NCBI GenBank assembly: GCA_022703055.1
Contig: JAKLEP010000001.1
Coordinates: forward strand, 26,850-90,849
Source of the DNA: Candidatus Omnitrophota bacterium
GTDB lineage: Bacteria; Omnitrophota; Gorgyraeia; VGKH01
Length of the DNA: 64,000 nucleotides
Reading direction: 5' to 3'
The notes beneath the pieces are model-generated. The model was not told where the DNA came from and did not search any database. It saw only the letters and a list, made by a program, of their open reading frames with translations. Positions 43,062 to 52,379 of this stretch are shown one piece after another. The first letter of the stretch is position 1. Each line of letters begins with the position of its first letter. The position numbers and the translations under genes were made by a program.

Positions 43062-43752
43062 GTTAATTGATAAAATACAAAGAACGCCCAGCGTAGCAAG
43101 TTTCAGATTGATTCCTGAAGAGCAGCTTAATTTTATCCCCGGACAATTTCTCCAGGTTGTTTTCGATAAGGATAATTCCAATAATAAAGATCTGAATAAA
43201 TATCTTTCTTTTTCCGCTTCACCATCAAAAGACTACATAGAATTTACTAAGAGAATAAGTGAGAGTAATTTTTCGCAAAAATTGAAGAATTTAAACTTAA
43301 ATGATGAAGTCACGATAAAAGCACCTTTGGGCAGTTGCGTGTTTAGGGACGAATATAAAAAGATTGCATTCTTAATCGGGGGGATAGGTATTACACCTGT
43401 TATTTCTATAATCGAATTTATCGCAGGGAATAAAATACAAACTGACGTGACGTTATTCTATTCAAACAGAACCGAGGAAGAAATTGCCTTTAAAAAAGAA
43501 CTGGATGATTGGAGGAGAAATAATTGCAATATAAAGGTTATTTATACCGTAACCGATTGTCCTGCCAAAGATTCAAGTTGCGTTTTTGGAAGAATAGATA
43601 AGAATTTGTTGGTTCAAAATACCTCAGATTTAAAGGAACGAATAATTTTTATTTTCGGGCCGCCAAAAATGGTTGAAGCAATGAAGAGTTTATGTTTAGA
43701 GGTAGGCTGTAAAGAGGAAAATCTAAAAACCGAAAGTTTTGTAGGTTATTAA
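43042..43752 (+). CDS. FNR-like FAD/NAD(P)-binding oxidoreductase
   Basis: 236 aa. YLSFSASPS resembles an RxYS-like FAD motif, and GGIGITP is an NAD(P) loop. It overlaps the PCD gene by 20 nt. Confidence 0.65.
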   Translation: MKTIKAKLIDKIQRTPSVASFRLIPEEQLNFIPGQFLQVVFDKDNSNNKDLNKYLSFSASPSKDYIEFTKRISESNFSQKLKNLNLNDEVTIKAPLGSCVFRDEYKKIAFLIGGIGITPVISIIEFIAGNKIQTDVTLFYSNRTEEEIAFKKELDDWRRNNCNIKVIYTVTDCPAKDSSCVFGRIDKNLLVQNTSDLKERIIFIFGPPKMVEAMKSLCLEVGCKEENLKTESFVGY

Positions 43753-43761
43753 GGAGATAAT

Positions 43762-44952
43762 ATGTCAAGAATTCAAATTTATAAAGATATATATTGGGTC
43801 GGGGCAATTGATTGGAATGTGAGAAACTTCCACGGCCATACCTACACAACAAAAAGAGGCACAACTTATAATGCATATTTGATCATGGATGATAAGATCG
43901 CTTTGGTCGATACGGTCTATGGGCCGTTTAGCGATGAAATGATAGAACGCATTAAAGAAATAGTCGATCCTAGCAAAATAGATTACATTGTCGCTAATCA
44001 CGTCGAGACCGATCATTCCGGCGCCTTGCCTGCGATCAAGGCTATAGCCAAAAACGCCAAGATTATTTGTTCGGCTAAATGTAAGGATGGCCTATCGCGG
44101 CATTATTATGGAGATTGGGATTATCAAATTGTTAAAACCGGCGATACCTTAAAATTAGGTAAGAAAACATTAAGTTTTCTTGAGGCGCCGATGATCCACT
44201 GGCCGGATAGCATGTTCACTTATGTCGTTGAAGACCAGATCCTGATGCCCAATGACGCATTTGGCCAGCATTATGCTACATCTAAAAGATTCGACGACGA
44301 AGTTAATCAATTTGAACTTATGGATGAAGCGGCAAAATATTACGCGAATATTTTGATTCCCTTGGGCTCATTGATCTTAAAGAAGATTCAGGAAGTCCAG
44401 AAGATGAATATCCCCATTAAGATGATTGCCCCTAGTCATGGCATTATCTGGCGAAAAGACCCGGCAAAAATCGTCAATGCCTATGTTGATTGGGCAAGCA
44501 ATAAAACTAAGCCCAAAGTCGTGGTTGCCTTTGAAACTATGTGGGGCGCGACAGAAAAGATGGCAAAGAAGATTACCGAAGGCATAACCGATGCCGGGAT
44601 AGAGGTAAAGCTCTTTGATCTTAACCAAACCGATCGGACTGAAATAATCAAAGAAATGCTTGATGCTAAAGGTTATATCCTCGGCTGTTCGACTCACGAT
44701 AATGATATGCTTCCTAACATGGGAGGCTTTTTGACATTTTTAAAAGGTCTTAAGCCAAAAAATAGAATAGCTTCTGCTTTTGGTTCTTATGGTTGGGCAG
44801 GCGGGGCAGTCAAAGGCATAGAAGAAGCTCTAAAAGAAACCGGAGTTGAGCAGATTCAGCCTTCAATTTCTGCCCGGTATGTTCCAGATGAGAATGAATT
44901 AAAGAATTGTTACGAATTTGGAAAAGAATTTGCCAGAAAGATAGAGAGGTGA
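43762..44952 (+). CDS. fprA: Flavodiiron protein (FprA family A-type flavoprotein)
   Basis: 396 aa. A metallo-beta-lactamase-like domain with HVETDHSG diiron ligands is followed by a C-terminal flavodoxin-like domain. Confidence 0.85.
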   Translation: MSRIQIYKDIYWVGAIDWNVRNFHGHTYTTKRGTTYNAYLIMDDKIALVDTVYGPFSDEMIERIKEIVDPSKIDYIVANHVETDHSGALPAIKAIAKNAKIICSAKCKDGLSRHYYGDWDYQIVKTGDTLKLGKKTLSFLEAPMIHWPDSMFTYVVEDQILMPNDAFGQHYATSKRFDDEVNQFELMDEAAKYYANILIPLGSLILKKIQEVQKMNIPIKMIAPSHGIIWRKDPAKIVNAYVDWASNKTKPKVVVAFETMWGATEKMAKKITEGITDAGIEVKLFDLNQTDRTEIIKEMLDAKGYILGCSTHDNDMLPNMGGFLTFLKGLKPKNRIASAFGSYGWAGGAVKGIEEALKETGVEQIQPSISARYVPDENELKNCYEFGKEFARKIER

Positions 44953-44956
44953 GTTT

Positions 44957-45115
44957 ATGGCAAAATATCGCTGTACAGTTTGTGGTTATATTTACGATCC
45001 AGAGAAAGGCGACCCCACTCAGGATGTGAAACCCGGCACGCCTTTTGAAAGCCTTCCTGATAGCTGGGTTTGTCCAGAATGCGGGGTCGGGAAAGATATG
45101 TTTGAAAAGGTTTAA
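44957..45115 (+). CDS. Rubredoxin
   Basis: This 52-aa ORF is not in the track because it is under 60 aa. My translation is [52 protein letters not shown]. It has both CxxCG knuckles, and GAGG lies upstream. Confidence 0.9.
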   Translation: MAKYRCTVCGYIYDPEKGDPTQDVKPGTPFESLPDSWVCPECGVGKDMFEKV

Positions 45116-45199
45116 AAGGAGGTGGCCAGGCAAAATCATTCAACCAATATAGATAATTTTAGAAAGACAAAAAACAACTTTTAAAAGGAGGAATTTGAA

Positions 45200-45676
45200 A
45201 TGGGTAAAGAAGGAGCGAAAATTTCAGCATTAGACGTAAAAGATTTAATCAAGGATTTAAACAAGGCCTACGCCGATGAGTGGCTGGCGCATTTTTCCTA
45301 TCTTCATATGTCAAGAACCGTTACCGGGGCCGGATATGAGGATATGAAAGAATTTCTAGAGGATACAGCTAAAGATGAAGCCGAGCATGCTGGCGAATTA
45401 GTAGATAGAATATTGGAATTGGGCGGGGAGCCGTTAGTCAATATGATGGAACTTGAGAAAAACGCCAACGCCCCGTATCCTAAGCCACCGAAAGACACCA
45501 CGGATTATAAAAAGATTATTAAGACAGTCTTGGATGCCGAGGCTGGCGCAATTGATGTCTATAATAAAATCGCAGCTAAAACCCAAGGCAAGGATCACGT
45601 GACATACCAGCTTGTTTGCCATATTCTTGGCGAAGAAGTAGGTCACGAAGAGAAATTCGAAGATTTATTAGAATAG
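45200..45676 (+). CDS. Ferritin-like diiron protein (Dps-like / bacterioferritin-related)
   Basis: 158 aa with a four-helix-bundle pattern and ExxH motifs (DEAEHAGELV, EEVGHEEKF). Confidence 0.6.
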   Translation: MGKEGAKISALDVKDLIKDLNKAYADEWLAHFSYLHMSRTVTGAGYEDMKEFLEDTAKDEAEHAGELVDRILELGGEPLVNMMELEKNANAPYPKPPKDTTDYKKIIKTVLDAEAGAIDVYNKIAAKTQGKDHVTYQLVCHILGEEVGHEEKFEDLLE

Positions 45677-45706
45677 AATCTAAAAACAGAAACTTTAAAT
45701 TATTTT

Positions 45707-46168
45707 ATGCAAGAATTTTCTGAAGAGATAATACATTTTTTTCAGATTCAGGGTTTTGTCATTGTTTCTACTCTCGATGAAGACGGCAGCATACATAATT
45801 CCTGCAAAGGCATAGTCAAGATAGAATCTAAAGGCCAAGTTTATCTTTTTGACCTTTATAAAGCCAGAACATTTCAGAATCTGCAGAGTAATCCGACTAT
45901 CAGCCTTACTGCTGTTGAGGAACACAAATTTCAAGGCTATTGCTTAAAGGGCAAGGGAAAAATAGTAGAAACTGAAGATCTTAAACCTGAAATTGTGGCT
46001 TTATGGGATGACAAGATAACTGCAAGAGCCACAAAAAGAATGATAAAAAACATACATGAGGAAAAAGGTCACCCCGCGCATCCTGAGATTTTGTTGCCTA
46101 AGCCGGAATATCTGATTGTGGTTGAGGTAGAAGAGATTATTAATCTTACCCCTGGGAAAATGAGATAG
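45707..46168 (+). CDS. Pyridoxamine 5'-phosphate oxidase family (FMN-binding split barrel) protein
   Basis: 153 aa. The pattern VIVSTLDEDGSIHNS..RTFQNLQSNPTISLTAV is typical of PNPOx-like proteins. Confidence 0.6.
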   Translation: MQEFSEEIIHFFQIQGFVIVSTLDEDGSIHNSCKGIVKIESKGQVYLFDLYKARTFQNLQSNPTISLTAVEEHKFQGYCLKGKGKIVETEDLKPEIVALWDDKITARATKRMIKNIHEEKGHPAHPEILLPKPEYLIVVEVEEIINLTPGKMR

Positions 46169-46189
46169 GATTTTAACAAGGAGGTCGCT

Positions 46190-46624
46190 ATGAAAGGTTA
46201 TGTGTGTAAGGTCTGTGGGTTTGTTTCTATTGATGGTAGCATCCCTGATAAATGTCCTGCCTGCGGTTCGCCGAGCAAAGCTTTTGAAGAGAAGATGGAT
46301 GCAATTAAGACGGCCAAAGATGAAGAGAAGTTAAGCGAGAAACACACGCCGGTGATTACGGTAGTAAGAAAATGCGGCCTTATTCCTGAGGGCTGCGCTG
46401 ACGTACATGTAAGAATCGGCTCGGTTATACATCCCATGCTACCAGAACATTATATTACGGCGATAGATTTCTATATTGATAATAAATTTCTGGCGCGCAC
46501 GATACTTACTCCAGAAAAACTCAATCCGGCGGCGGCATTACATCTTAAAGTTGCTACGGGCAAACTTTCTGTCGTCGAACATTGCAATATTCACGGCAAC
46601 TGGATAGCAGAACAGAATCTATAA
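46190..46624 (+). CDS. Superoxide reductase (desulfoferrodoxin family) with N-terminal rubredoxin-like Cys4 knuckle
   Basis: 144 aa. The N-terminus is CKVCG..CPACG. The SOR domain motifs EKHTPVI, HPMLPEHYI and CNIHGNW supply the His/Cys iron ligands. Confidence 0.75.
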   Translation: MKGYVCKVCGFVSIDGSIPDKCPACGSPSKAFEEKMDAIKTAKDEEKLSEKHTPVITVVRKCGLIPEGCADVHVRIGSVIHPMLPEHYITAIDFYIDNKFLARTILTPEKLNPAAALHLKVATGKLSVVEHCNIHGNWIAEQNL

Positions 46625-46638
46625 AATAAGGAGGATCA

Positions 46639-47121
46639 ATGGCGAACATTTTCTCGGGTACCGAGATCGTCATGATGGGTATCCAGATTGAGAAAAATGG
46701 CAGGGATTTTTATAATGCCTTGATTTTGCAGTCTCAAAATCCGAAAGCCAAAGAGCTGTATAAATTCTTAGCTGGTGAAGAAGAAAAGCATATCCTTGCT
46801 TTTCAGTCCATGTTAGATAAGCTTGAGGAGACCCAGCCTGTTGATTCTTATCCGGGAGAATACATTTCTTATATGAAGACTTTGGCAGCAGAGTATGTCT
46901 TTACCCAAGAAGATAAAGGCCAGGCATTAGCTAAAACCGCTAAGAGCGACAAGGAAGCAATCGAGATGGGCATAAGGTTTGAGAAGGACTCGATACTTTT
47001 CTACGAGGCGATGAAAAAATCGATACCTCAAACCCACCAAGTAATAGTTGATCAGCTGATATTGCAGGAAGTATCCCATCTTAAAAAACTGTCGGATTTA
47101 AAAAATAGCTTAGGCTCCTGA
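46639..47121 (+). CDS. Rubrerythrin-like ferritin family protein (no rubredoxin domain)
   Basis: 160 aa with diiron-type ExxH motifs (EEEKHILAF, QEVSHLKKL). Confidence 0.55.
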   Translation: MANIFSGTEIVMMGIQIEKNGRDFYNALILQSQNPKAKELYKFLAGEEEKHILAFQSMLDKLEETQPVDSYPGEYISYMKTLAAEYVFTQEDKGQALAKTAKSDKEAIEMGIRFEKDSILFYEAMKKSIPQTHQVIVDQLILQEVSHLKKLSDLKNSLGS

Positions 47122-47143
47122 ACAAGTTATAGTTACAAAACTT

Positions 47144-47180
47144 AGGTCTCCTTCGGTTATGGGGGGACCTCATCATTTTC
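47144..47180 (+). terminator. Possible terminator after the O2-defence genes
   Basis: AGGUCUCC-UUCGGUUAU-GGGGGACCU forms an 8-bp stem including one G-U pair. The following T tract (CATCATTTTC) is weak. Confidence 0.3.
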
Positions 47181-47183
47181 TAA

Positions 47184-48155
47184 ATGGAGTTTCGTATTCC
47201 GCAAATGCCTATGGAACTTAATCAATTTCCTCTAAGAATAGAGATTACTAATAAATGCAACCTCAAATGTGATTACTGTTTAAGCCTTACTAGTTCTTTT
47301 TACCGCAATAGGCCCGAGACTGATTTTACAGCCTTGAAGAAATTCATCAAATCCTTAAAAATACGGGCCTTATTTTTGCTGGGCGGGGAAGTATGTTTTT
47401 ATCATAAGATCAAAGAATTGGCCAAATACTGCCTGGATAATAAAGTCGGCATAGGGATCGTTACTAACGGCACAATTTTGGAATCCTATAAAAAACTTTC
47501 TAGGATAAACAAGGATATCAGCTATCTTGTATCTTATAATGAAGAAGGACATCCTAGAAGGCTTGAATTATGTGACAAATTCATTAAAGAGATGAATGTC
47601 AATTCAGTCAATATATTAGTTAATAAAAATAATATTGATACTGTTATAAAGCGGGTTGACAGATTCAGCAGATTAAATAAGATAAAGCTAATTAAGATTT
47701 TCTCCGACGAGAGAACGAATAAGGGGAGCTATGACAAGCTTTTTGAATCTTTAGCCAAAAAATATAAAAAGGTTTATGTCCATGATTATTCGCTGATGAA
47801 GGGATATTTGGAGAAGGTTAAAGACATCAAGGGGCTTGGGGTGCGTTGCGACAATCCTTTATCTCTCAAGGGCAATAGTATCAGTTTCTGTAAAAATATA
47901 GAAGATTTCGGTATGGATATTACTAAAATAGATTTTAGCAAGAAAGATAATCACGATAAGCTAAGAGATAAATTCTTGCGCTTTCAAAAAACAATCAACA
48001 GCGGCAAGATAAGATATTGCAAAAGATGCAGATTTAAGAGTTATGTAACAAGAGACGAAATGGTGGCTCAATGGGTCATCAATAATTTAAGAAAGCATAA
48101 GAAATATCAAATTTTAAAGAAGATGTTCGATAAAAAAGCAAGATGGGCTTGCTAA
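47184..48155 (+). CDS. Radical SAM protein of unknown function
   Basis: 323 aa with a CNLKCDYC (CxxxCxxC) motif near the N-terminus and a further C-terminal CKRC pair. Confidence 0.65.
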   Translation: MEFRIPQMPMELNQFPLRIEITNKCNLKCDYCLSLTSSFYRNRPETDFTALKKFIKSLKIRALFLLGGEVCFYHKIKELAKYCLDNKVGIGIVTNGTILESYKKLSRINKDISYLVSYNEEGHPRRLELCDKFIKEMNVNSVNILVNKNNIDTVIKRVDRFSRLNKIKLIKIFSDERTNKGSYDKLFESLAKKYKKVYVHDYSLMKGYLEKVKDIKGLGVRCDNPLSLKGNSISFCKNIEDFGMDITKIDFSKKDNHDKLRDKFLRFQKTINSGKIRYCKRCRFKSYVTRDEMVAQWVINNLRKHKKYQILKKMFDKKARWAC

Positions 48156-48170
48156 GTTGAGGTTATTGAG

Positions 48171-48638
48171 ATGAAAAGAACTCAGTTGATAACAATATGG
48201 CTGCTTCCTGTTGTGGTAATTGGCGGGATTTTTTATCCTTTGTTGGGATATTTGGTCTTGGCCATGATGGCATTTTTCTTGACCTTATCATTTTTTAAAA
48301 GCCGATACTGGTGCTGGAATTTATGTCCCCGGGGAGCATTTTTAGATATAGTGATATCAAAGACCAGTTTTAAAAAACCCATACCGAAGATTTTCATAAA
48401 ACAATGGTTTCGCTGGGCAGTTTTTGCCTTACTGATGTGTTTTGTTGTTTTTCGGATTATGCGTACGGGAGGCAATTTAATCGCCATTGGAGCCGTTTTT
48501 GTCGGCATGTGCATATTGACTACTATAATTTCAATTATTTTGGGACTAACCACTAGGCACAGGAGCTGGTGCGCAATTTGCCCGATGGGGACTTTGCAGG
48601 GGGCTATTGGTAAAATAGGAGTTTCAAAACAGGAATAA
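48171..48638 (+). CDS. Membrane protein with Cys motifs (possible 4Fe-4S binding, NapH/MauN-like)
   Basis: 155 aa with 4 TM segments and the Cys motifs CWNLCPRG and CAICPMG. Confidence 0.4.
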   Translation: MKRTQLITIWLLPVVVIGGIFYPLLGYLVLAMMAFFLTLSFFKSRYWCWNLCPRGAFLDIVISKTSFKKPIPKIFIKQWFRWAVFALLMCFVVFRIMRTGGNLIAIGAVFVGMCILTTIISIILGLTTRHRSWCAICPMGTLQGAIGKIGVSKQE

Positions 48639-48643
48639 ATGGC

Positions 48644-48672
48644 TTGTAAATATCTTTTGCATATGGTATAAA
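48644..48672 (+). promoter_or_regulatory. Candidate promoter of the MerR-family gene
   Basis: TTGTAA, a 17-nt spacer, then TATAAA. It ends 18 nt before the ATG at 48690. Confidence 0.3.
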
Positions 48673-48689
48673 AACAGCGGTGAAATAAA

Positions 48690-49001
48690 ATGGAACAGGA
48701 TTACAGAGAACCAGTTTATACAATAGGAATCGTTGCCAAGAAGCTGGATGTTTGTCCGGCTACCCTTCGTATCTGGGAGAGAAAGAAGTTGATTAAGCCG
48801 AGACGTCTTGGCAAGAACCGGTTCTATTCTCAGTGCGATTTAGATAGGCTTGAACAGATTAAGGAGATGCTTCAAGAGAAGCGTATTAATATTGAAGGGG
48901 CAAAGAAAATACTTGAGACTACGCGTTGCTGGGAGATAAAAAAATGCAAGCCACAGCAAAGGGATTCTTGCCCGGTATTTATCAAATACGGGAATGCCTA
49001 A
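48690..49001 (+). CDS. MerR family transcriptional regulator with C-terminal Cys motif
   Basis: 103 aa. The HTH region is YTIGIVAKKLDVCPATLRIWERKKLIKP, and the C-terminus is CWEIKKCKPQQRDSCP. Confidence 0.8.
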   Translation: MEQDYREPVYTIGIVAKKLDVCPATLRIWERKKLIKPRRLGKNRFYSQCDLDRLEQIKEMLQEKRINIEGAKKILETTRCWEIKKCKPQQRDSCPVFIKYGNA

Positions 49002-49055
49002 AATTTTTTTATCCGTTATATATAAATATCGTTAGTATATAATATAAAAATAGTA

Positions 49056-49084
49056 TTGACACATAGAACTTTTTATGTTAGACT
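49056..49084 (+). promoter_or_regulatory. Candidate promoter of thi4
   Basis: TTGACA, a 17-nt spacer, then TAGACT. Confidence 0.4.
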
Positions 49085-49128
49085 TCCTTTATCTTTTCAA
49101 CGGTTTCATTTAATAGTGGAGGTTGCAG

Positions 49129-49950
49129 ATGTTTCAGAAGACTACAGAAGCAAAGATAAGTAAAGCTATTATAAAAGAATTCAGTGATTGGCTGCAGGAT
49201 TATATTATTTCAGATGTAATTGTGGTAGGCGGCGGCCCAAGCGGTCTTGTTGCAGCGCGTGAATTAGCAAAAAACAAATTCAAAGTATTGGTTGTTGAAA
49301 GCAATAATTATATAGGCGGAGGTTTTTGGATCGGCGGGTATTTAATGAATACGTTGACTTTCAGAGCACCAGCGCAAGAAATTCTAGATGAAATAGGTAT
49401 TCCTTATAAAGAGATAGATGACGGTATATTTGTCAGCGATGGCCCGCATGCCTGTTCAAAACTTATTGCTAGCGCCTGCGATGCAGGTGTAAAGATTTTG
49501 AATATGACGAAATTTGACGATGTAGTATATAGGAATAATAGAGTAGAGGGTGCAGTTATTAATTGGACGCCTGTATCTGCTCTTCCTAGGCAGATTACTT
49601 GTGTTGATCCAATTTCATTAGAATCCCAAGTCGTCATCGACGCCACCGGCCACGATGCATTTGTTTGCAAGAGTTTAGAGAGAAGAGGTATTCTTAAGCT
49701 TAAGGATTTTGGTGCTATGGATGTTAATTCGTCTGAGGATTTAGTGGTTGAAAAAACCGGTGAAATTTATCCGGGCCTAGTTTTGGCAGGAATGGCAGTT
49801 TCAACTGCTTATGGAATCCCGCGCATGGGCCCGACTTTCGCGGGGATGCTTTTTTCTGGCAAAAAGGCAGCAGCAGAAGCCAAAAAAATGATTTTAAATA
49901 ATAAAATGAATTCCGAATCTATGATGATGCAGGAGCAGATGACGGCCTGA
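49129..49950 (+). CDS. thi4: Thiazole synthase Thi4 family (ADP-thiazole synthase)
   Basis: DVIVVGGGPSGL is the dinucleotide-binding motif, and INWTPV..TCVDP..DATGHDA is the Thi4 core. I prefer the ATG at 49129 (GGAGG 6 nt upstream) to the track TTG at 49123. Confidence 0.8.
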   Translation: MFQKTTEAKISKAIIKEFSDWLQDYIISDVIVVGGGPSGLVAARELAKNKFKVLVVESNNYIGGGFWIGGYLMNTLTFRAPAQEILDEIGIPYKEIDDGIFVSDGPHACSKLIASACDAGVKILNMTKFDDVVYRNNRVEGAVINWTPVSALPRQITCVDPISLESQVVIDATGHDAFVCKSLERRGILKLKDFGAMDVNSSEDLVVEKTGEIYPGLVLAGMAVSTAYGIPRMGPTFAGMLFSGKKAAAEAKKMILNNKMNSESMMMQEQMTA

Positions 49951-49968
49951 CGGGAATGAAAGGTCTTT

Positions 49969-50025
49969 AAAGCCTCTCGTCCCCAGAATCGAGGCTAAAG
50001 GGACGAGAGGCTTTTTTATTTTTTA
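49969..50025 (+). terminator. Rho-independent terminator after thi4
   Basis: Perfect 14-bp stem, AAGCCTCTCGTCCC and GGGACGAGAGGCTT, followed by TTTTTATTTTTT. Confidence 0.85.
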
Positions 50026-50054
50026 ACAGATATTTTAAGGATAGGAGGCAGAAT

Positions 50055-50978
50055 ATGGCGAAAATAGCCCAGGATATAACCAAATTAATCGGAAACACCC
50101 CCTTAGTTAAACTTAATAGGTTAACCAAAGGACTAGGCGCTGAGATTGTAGCCAAGCTCGAGTCTTTTAATCCGCTTTCCAGCGTCAAAGACAGAATAGG
50201 CGTAAATATGGTTGAGGCCGCAGAAAGATCAGGACTTATTAAGGAGGATACGATTCTTATTGAGCCTACCAGCGGCAATACCGGTATAGCATTGGCATTT
50301 GTCTGCGCAGCCAAAGGTTATAAATTAGTTCTGACTATGCCTGAGACCATGAGTCTTGAGCGTCGAGCTTTGCTTAAGGCATTCGGCTCCGAGCTTGTGC
50401 TTACGCCGGGAGCTGAAGGCATGAAGGGAGCAATTAAAAAAGCCGAAGAGATAGCTTCCAGCGGCCCCAGGTATCTATTATTGCAGCAATTTAGAAATCC
50501 GGCAAATCCGGAAATCCACCGAAAGACTACCGCAGAGGAAATCTGGCGTGACACCGAAGGGAAAATTGATATTTTGGTGGCTGGCGTTGGCACAGGCGGG
50601 ACGATTACTGGAGTATCCGAGGTAATCAAAAAAAGAAAACCGGAATTTAAAGCTATTGCGGTTGAGCCGAAGGACTCGCCGGTTCTTTCCGGAGGAAGCC
50701 CCGGTCCGCACAAAATTCAAGGAATCGGCGCTGGTTTTGTCCCGGATGTATTACGCAGGGATTTGGTCGATGAGGTAATCCAGGTAAGCAATGAAGATGC
50801 TTTTGAGACAGCGAGAAGACTATCCAGGCAGGAAGGTTTATTAGCAGGTATTTCGTCTGGAGCTGCAACTTGGGCGGCAATCCAAGTTGGTAAAAGAAAA
50901 GAAAATCAAGGTAAACTTATCGTCGTAGTTTTACCCGATACGGGAGAGAGATATCTTTCTACGGAATTATTTAAATAA
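50055..50978 (+). CDS. cysK: Cysteine synthase A (O-acetylserine sulfhydrylase)
   Basis: 307 aa. It has the PLP-lysine motif SVKDRIG, the loop [10 protein letters not shown] and GTGGTITG. Confidence 0.9.
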   Translation: MAKIAQDITKLIGNTPLVKLNRLTKGLGAEIVAKLESFNPLSSVKDRIGVNMVEAAERSGLIKEDTILIEPTSGNTGIALAFVCAAKGYKLVLTMPETMSLERRALLKAFGSELVLTPGAEGMKGAIKKAEEIASSGPRYLLLQQFRNPANPEIHRKTTAEEIWRDTEGKIDILVAGVGTGGTITGVSEVIKKRKPEFKAIAVEPKDSPVLSGGSPGPHKIQGIGAGFVPDVLRRDLVDEVIQVSNEDAFETARRLSRQEGLLAGISSGAATWAAIQVGKRKENQGKLIVVVLPDTGERYLSTELFK

Positions 50979-51091
50979 TCATATGCATTAATTAGGACGG
51001 TGATGAAAATGTTATGGATTATGTTTAGGCCCCTTAAAAGGGCTGATTCCTGCAGGCAATCTATCTTTTAAAATAATAACAGGAGGTTTTT

Positions 51092-52306
51092 ATGTCCAAG
51101 ACAATTGCAGAGATTAATGAAAAAATTAAAACTGGAGATGTGGTTGTAGTTACTGCCGAGGAAATCATCGATATCGTCGAAGAGAAAGGAATCGAGCAGG
51201 CAGCCAGAGAAGTAGACGTGGTTACGACGGGAACTTTTGGCCCGATGTGTTCATCAGGTGCATATTTTAATATCGGTCATTCTAAGCCCAGGATTAAACT
51301 GGGCGGCGGAGAGGTTTATATCAATGACATACCGGCTTACGGAGGTTTCGCCGCTGTAGATTTGTATGTCGGAGCTACAGCTTTGCCGAAGGATGATCCG
51401 CGCAATAAAATATTTCCCGGAGAATTTAAATACGGCGGAGGCCATCTGATACAAGATTTAGTCGCCGGAAAAGATCTAAGATTGGAAGCTGTTGCCTATG
51501 GCACAGATTGTTACCCCAGAAAGAAACTGGAGACACTGATAAACATCAAGGATCTGAATGAGGCAGTTTTGTTTAACCCTAGGAATGTCTATCAAAACTA
51601 CAATGTCGCCGTAAATCTTTCGGATAAACCCATTTATACTTACATGGGAACGCTTAAGCCAAAACTGGGCAATGCCAATTACTGTAGCGCCGGACAATTG
51701 TCACCGCTTTTGAATGACCCGTATTATAAGACAATCGGTCTCGGGACTAAGATTTTCTTGGGCGGAGGCGTAGGTTATGTCGTCTGGCACGGAACACAGC
51801 ATAACCCGACGGTAAAAAGAAAAGATAACGGCATCCCCCAGGCGCCAGCAGGAACACTTGCAGTTTTAGGCGATTTAAAACAGATGAAACCGGAATGGCT
51901 CGCAGGTACTTCTTTTCAAGGGTATGGCGCGACGCTAACCGTGGGCATTGGTGTTCCTATTCCGATTCTCAATGAAGAGATTTGCCGTTATACCGCAGTA
52001 AAAGACGAAGATATAGTAACCCAAATAGTGGATTATAGTAACGCTTATCCGAATTGTATACCGGGAAGTCTGGGCGAGGCAAACTACTCTCAACTTAAAA
52101 AAGGTAAAATAACGATTCAGGGTAAAGAGGTGCCGACAGGAAATCTATCAAGCTATTCTAAAGCAGTGGAGATTGCGGAAAGCCTGAAAGATTGGATTGG
52201 GAGAGGTGATTTCTTCTTAAGCCAGCCCGTAGGGTATCTGCCGAGCCCGGAATCCGGTTATTCATTTAAGCCGTTGAAGGAAAGGCCGCTTGGCGATAGA
52301 CTATAA
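51092..52306 (+). CDS. COG1900/DUF39 homocysteine biosynthesis protein
   Basis: 404 aa. The N-terminus KTIAEINEKIKTGDVVVVTAEE..VDVVTTGTFGPMCSSG matches the family I recall as the sulfide-dependent homocysteine-forming enzyme of methanogens and anaerobes. Confidence 0.55.
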   Translation: MSKTIAEINEKIKTGDVVVVTAEEIIDIVEEKGIEQAAREVDVVTTGTFGPMCSSGAYFNIGHSKPRIKLGGGEVYINDIPAYGGFAAVDLYVGATALPKDDPRNKIFPGEFKYGGGHLIQDLVAGKDLRLEAVAYGTDCYPRKKLETLINIKDLNEAVLFNPRNVYQNYNVAVNLSDKPIYTYMGTLKPKLGNANYCSAGQLSPLLNDPYYKTIGLGTKIFLGGGVGYVVWHGTQHNPTVKRKDNGIPQAPAGTLAVLGDLKQMKPEWLAGTSFQGYGATLTVGIGVPIPILNEEICRYTAVKDEDIVTQIVDYSNAYPNCIPGSLGEANYSQLKKGKITIQGKEVPTGNLSSYSKAVEIAESLKDWIGRGDFFLSQPVGYLPSPESGYSFKPLKERPLGDRL

Positions 52307-52379
52307 AAATATTGCTTGCATATTAGGTTTTGTTGGAGTAAATATATTGCTGTGAATAAGTTAAGACTATAGGAGCAAT

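Noticed and set aside
49002-49122. Possible TPP (THI-box) riboswitch upstream of thi4.
   Set aside because: I could not find the conserved CUGAGA or ACCUGAUCUGGAUAAUGCCAGCG-like elements. The 120-nt region contains only a plausible promoter and an AT-rich leader.
50979-51091. Possible SAM or methionine-related riboswitch, or a 22-codon ORF, upstream of the COG1900 homocysteine gene.
   Set aside because: Only a weak 4-bp GCCC/GGGC hairpin is visible. I recognise no S-box, SAM-II or SAM/SAH signature, and the short ORF lacks an SD.
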